DNA of 64,000 nucleotides from Rhizodiscina lignyota (Eukaryota): NCBI GenBank assembly GCA_010015805.1, contig ML978139.1, positions 186,001 to 250,000 of the forward strand, read 5' to 3'. Shown piece by piece: positions 60,301 to 64,000 of this stretch (position 1 is its first letter; each line of letters starts with the position of its first letter). The notes under the pieces were generated by a model. It saw only the letters and a program-made list of their open reading frames with translations, ran no database searches and was not told where the DNA came from. The position numbers and the translations under genes were made by a program.

Positions 60301-60412
60301 CAAGCTTCCTCCTCCTCGACGTAGTTGGTAATGACTCGGTGCGCTGCAACCAGCCAGCACCCCTTCCGCCACCATCGTCACCGTAGTTGTATTCCCGCCC
60401 GTATGAGCTCAT
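57365..60412 (-). CDS. APP1: App1-like phosphatidate phosphatase / actin-patch protein with a Pro-rich C-terminus (1015 aa from ATG; possibly 1116 aa from TTG 60715)
   Basis: Catalytic GVSLISDIDDTIK (DxDxT), FHYVSNSPWQ, FILVGDSGEADLEVY, VFIRDV; many PxxP motifs. Confidence 0.88.
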   Translation of the reverse strand: MSSYGREYNYGDDGGGRGAGWLQRTESLPTTSRRRKLAGYLKAANELRQTYQETAAQAWRERNEPNDYDDGTEVPGAFPDAAVVRSGDEQMIIFPSYARKHMRRKPKAVPGTIQQTPGTGRDARDSTGTGDAEYWKEQWEKYEDDHAIVDVDVRGWLYAPHKGQMNRKQRLFISLAKQLAGLPNQNSQTSSASSCVPSRSGSPRPPRSPREQLESRAARHENEQVAKEAENILRRGEAEADIAARGGYSERPGGGADGDTVTSSQGPSSISSPRKVSGTDPSPLKNVTSVDGPGNDIPKITPVQKRASWNQPTEMTSTELAMANSHLMARLRPFLANPLANTAISAFFYNDDHSQQRTIYTDNNGHFSIRVALEFVPTHVRVLASEDLSVTEEVIVTDTRGVSLISDIDDTIKHSAIGSGAREIFRNAFIRELGDLTIEGVKEWYNKLAKMGVKFHYVSNSPWQLYPALTKFFSLAGLPPGSFHLKQYSGMLQGIFEPVAERKKSTLDKLAHDFPERSFILVGDSGEADLEVYTDFVLENPGRVLGVFIRDVTTRPSSSFFTSSRPPSATPSPGGSPRRSPRITPTMSPRLGPIRDYSDYSSKRRSLARSSISTSTEEDDDPEFKAAIRASLRDLGEQEPQAAPPVSPRRLLPSRSLRSKKSERPQLPPRRSALAAPQMHKMDSPTEDLIDFSDDDKPTVKPPAPLKRVQSVPSPQPPPIARKPPTLSPIPSNKSPAPAPPRKPVGLQGGPSQERVNSVSPVQTNGHGGLKPPPPKPRRPSSSVRTQSPSPHNEDPQQNKPAEPSAQSSVTSTVGQKLSTAYYALPDVKSRLPGTTPATGNNAAAARKPPPPAPRSQSHAESKPPPPPPPRRGITSYPAAAASYASNRLSGLYSGTSTSQAQPYSTRTSADIPLERTTTSNSMATLRPGPPSRGGSFRNEYWEQQPQMSKKEALWRQRWVQASQLMREKGVVLRSWKIGEDVEQEAVKLVEEALKREKKGHGVVPKKWRGSSLEK

Positions 60413-61754
60413 ATCTGCCCGCTCCTGTGTACGTCCATGGTTTTTAATTAGCCGCCTTCGAGGCGCGGGAATGGATTTACGGCCCCCAAGGAGCTGGAAG
60501 AGGTTCGGACGCGACTGTCGAAGCTGCTTCGCGGTTTGGCGGGAGACGAGGTAGCGGTAGATGCGCGACTGAGCGCGATGCTTGAAGGAAGGTAAGAATG
60601 AGTAGCGGAGATGTGAGAGACGGTCCTGCAGACGCTGGTGAGTTCGTGGGAAGAGGAAGCGTAAGAGCGTCGAGGATGTGTGAGCGCGCGGTTTACGCGG
60701 CAAGTGCGGAGCCAATTTGGTTATGTAGGATGTTGAATGGAATTACATGTGCAGAACGTAATACACTTCGAGCTCGAATTCAGAGTGCCGCCGTGACGAG
60801 ATGTGACGTGATGAGGTGGTTTCGTTGTCTATAGCTTTGCTCCAAGGCTGGTGGAGGTGAGCTTCGACGTCAGTACGCAGCGGCATCTTCCATCGCTGCC
60901 CCATGTTCCCGCTGAATCGTGAGCATGATGCCATGAATCATGAAGCCTCGTGGCAGTAAGACACGAGTCGCACGCTTACAGGTGATCGACACACGATTCA
61001 GTTTTCTCGCACAAGCCCTCTTAAAAAGCTTGAGCGGAGCGGAGCTTTACAAATGATGCGCATGATCCTGCGCACGGCCGAGACATGTTCATGAATCGTC
61101 GTGAATAGTTTAATTCAACTCCATCTTGCGCCAGGCACTTGTGACATCGCAACTGTCCTCGACCTTGTAGAGGAGAGCTTTTGTACATGACATTTCGCAT
61201 AGTACCCCTAAGACGCTGCTTTGCCAATTTCACCAAGTCAGGCCAGTGGCGGGCACTACCCGAACTGCTCCGCAGCAATGTGTTCAGGGAGACTGGAAGC
61301 CAATTCAACGCATATGTCGCAGACCAAATTTCGGAGATCGATATTTCTGAAACTTCTTTTGATTGAGACCGTTCAACGACACAACTGAATGATCTACGCT
61401 ATGTACAAGCAAGGAAGGTGTGGGTGTGGCGCCGCGAAAGGGGATGCCTTTCGCCTTCTTCCAACGTTCGCCAATGAGACGGGTATTGCAGAAATCATCT
61501 TCCACCGCATTCATCATCTCTTTCTTCTCATATGTAAGTATATATGCTTTTGTTAAATACAGGTCATGAAATGTTTGTTAAAAGTCAAACCTCTTTCGTA
61601 AAAAGAAAGTTTTTCGAGCTCACAGACGGTGGAGCTCGGTGGAGCTCGGTGTGATATGAAGCACTGTATCCCATTGACACCTTGCAAAGATTGGATGTGG
61701 TCCGGGCAAAATTCTTTGAGCAAGATACCACCATCAAGTAAAGAGCTAGGCCGT

Positions 61755-63627
61755 TTACGAGTCCTTCTTGATGAGGCTAACTGGAGGAACGTAGACTTTC
61801 CGACCTCTGATGAGGTAGTGGCCACCCGCGACAAAAAACACAACACCGAAGATGAGGATAGCCCAGTTCATATCGACAAGAGCCGGCATCGGGTAGATCG
61901 GGAAGAACGAGAAGACGAACGAGATCAACAGGAAGCCGATGGCGACGTCATTGATTGGGCCTCCCCACCATCCGAGGCTCCAGCGGCGAGGAAGGAGAGG
62001 TTCGCCACGCAGACGCTTAATGCGCAAGCAGGTGATGGAGCAGAGGTACGAGAAGATAAGGGCTGCATTTGAAACAGACAGGATGGCGTTGAGGGCGACG
62101 TCGGAACCAAAGTTAATGGCGGACAGGACAAGCGAGACTCCGAGAACGACTAGGATGGCATTGATCGGAATATCCCAGCCTGGGCGGACCTAATGCGCGA
62201 ACAGCAGGTTAGGAACGCGCCACACAACCTAAAAACGAAACGAGGCTTGGCAGGAGTCAACCACTTACAAATTCGATCCAGCTTGAAAAGGGGAAACCCT
62301 TGTCGCGGGCGAAGGCCCAGCACTGCCGGGAAGCCGAAGCCACCGTTGTGACGGAGGAAAAGTAAAGAAGGACGAGCAGCAGGCAGCCCATCACAATCGT
62401 GCCGCCCTGCGAGCCAGTCACATTGTAGAGAACGTCAATGACCGGAGTGTCACTCGAGGAATTGACAATGACGTTGATGTCGGTAATGCAGAAGCAGAAC
62501 GTGATGAGCATGATTATTCCGAGGATTCCGTTGAAGAAGGTGGCGTACATCATCGCGCGTGGGAGCACCAAGGAAGCGTCGTTGAGCTCCTCGGACATGT
62601 GCGCACCAGCGTCAGGTCCAATGAAGCACCAGAGAGGTGTCGTAAGACCGACCAGAGTCGAAAGACCGTTGCTGCCCCATTCTCCGCCATCGTAGAATTG
62701 GAGGAAAACATCGTGCGCAGATGCGTGATCGGCCATGACCCAGAAGAGAATGAGGAAGGCGAAAAACCCGAAGACGTGGATAACGAGGATAATTCCTTCC
62801 GCGAGCGGCAGCTGCTGTGCGAGGAAGATGTTGAATGCCACGATGAGGAGGACCCACATGAAGAGAATCAGTGTGGCCTGCCAGAGTTGCTCGATGTTCG
62901 CATTCGGGTTGGTGATGAGAATCATGCCCTCAAGCAAGCTGTACAGCATCTGTCCGCAAGCCGGGACGCCGGAAACCCAACCAAGACAGCACATCCATCC
63001 TGCGTGCATCGTTAGATTCTGCGTTGCCAAGTGGTACAGTGATCGTAACTTACCGACGATGTAGCTGAGCGGCTTCTGAACGGAGGCAGGCGCGAATTCA
63101 GAGACCCAATGATACTGGCCACCTGTTGTGCGATTAGCCACGGCATTCTCTTGAGATCACGAGACACCAACCTGCTGTGGGAGCCATGGAAGCCATTTCT
63201 GCCATTGACGCAATCATGGCCATAACGCAGATCCAGGTGCCGATGGTCGCCCAGATGCAGCCTGCTGTACCACCGTTGTAAAGGCCGTACCAATTGGAAC
63301 TGCATGGTACATGTAAGTCATTGTGTAACCACGCGCGGGTCCCCATGGCTTACAGTAAGGCGCTCTCCCATGTGGCCTGCAGAATCATCATGAAACCGAC
63401 GATGGAGATGAAGCGAAAGTTTCGCTGCGGAAATGGTCAATTGAGCTATCGAAACATTGCAGTGTTGTAGGGCGTACTCTCAATTCTGGCTTCTTGCCCA
63501 GGCGATACATGTCGTGCTGGTCCTCAGCAGTTCCTCTCTTGTTGGCCGCGACATCTTGGTTGTCGTACAATGCGGGAACCTCGTCGACGGACAGGCGGTC
63601 CCCGGACTTCTCCTGATCGAAAGACAT
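61755..63627 (-). CDS. APC-family amino acid/GABA/choline permease, about 527 aa
   Basis: Exons 63478-63627, 63354-63424, 63172-63299, 63054-63122, 62269-62999, 61755-62189. Motifs SMAEMASMAPTA|GGQYHWVSEFAP, GPDAGAHMSEE, ASRQCWAFARDKG, MNWA. Confidence 0.92.
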
Positions 63628-64000
63628 TGTTGACCGCGTACGAGATGCTCCGCTAGTTGATAGATGAAGGGGGGCGCGCGAGAATGTACTCGAAAGGCTC
63701 GAGTATATGAACTGGAGTCCCCAGAATCGACTGAGTGGAGAAGAGAAAAGAAGGGAGCGACGGGTTGGCAGGGAGCATCAAAGTGATGATGATCCTAAGT
63801 TCGAGGCGGCGACCAGTTCGGCCAGGGACAGCGACATGGAGCGGCCTATACGGGAAGCACGGGTGTCACAGTACGCCGAAGCTAGTTGCTTGCTATTACC
63901 GCACGAAATTGCCACCGTGGAGCGGGCGTGCTTGCCTACGCAGCGACGCTCAGGGCAAAAGCAGGGTTACACAGGCACACCTGTTGCATGGTGCGAGCGT

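Noticed and set aside
61628..61651. Short direct repeat (GGTGGAGCTC)x2.4; similar 11-mer doublet near 56321
   Set aside because: Too short and without spacers. Ordinary slippage duplications, not CRISPR or mobile-element ends.

Overview
Gene-dense, intron-containing eukaryotic DNA, most likely from a filamentous ascomycete (Pezizomycotina). The basis is short 46-80 nt GT-AG introns with CTRAC/CTRAT branch points, a Zn2Cys6 transcription factor and KRE6. I rebuilt 29 protein-coding genes by hand, with spliced lengths checked to be multiples of 3, plus one intronic box C/D snoRNA. Most genes are housekeeping: Sec7/PH GEF end, RRP12, UV endonuclease, Y-family polymerase, DPL1, eIF3k, CTF8, SEC6, MRPL33, KRE6, HIT1, COX11, APP1 and an amino-acid permease. 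I saw no transposon, tRNA, rRNA or CRISPR array. Main leads: (1) a small protein resembling the cyanobacterial nuclease inhibitor NuiA, with an optional mitochondrial-type presequence, a candidate Nuc1/EndoG inhibitor; (2) an 84-aa secreted peptide with the 8-Cys AFP antifungal-protein spacing but non-cationic, missed by the ORF track; (3) an intron-containing, bacterial-type 4,5-dihydroxyphthalate decarboxylase-like gene beside a phenol/hydroxybenzoate hydroxylase; (4) a C/D snoRNA in eIF3k intron 1 with a guide to LSU rRNA; (5) a probable TTG-initiated N-terminal extension of APP1. All family assignments come from recalled motifs, not database searches.
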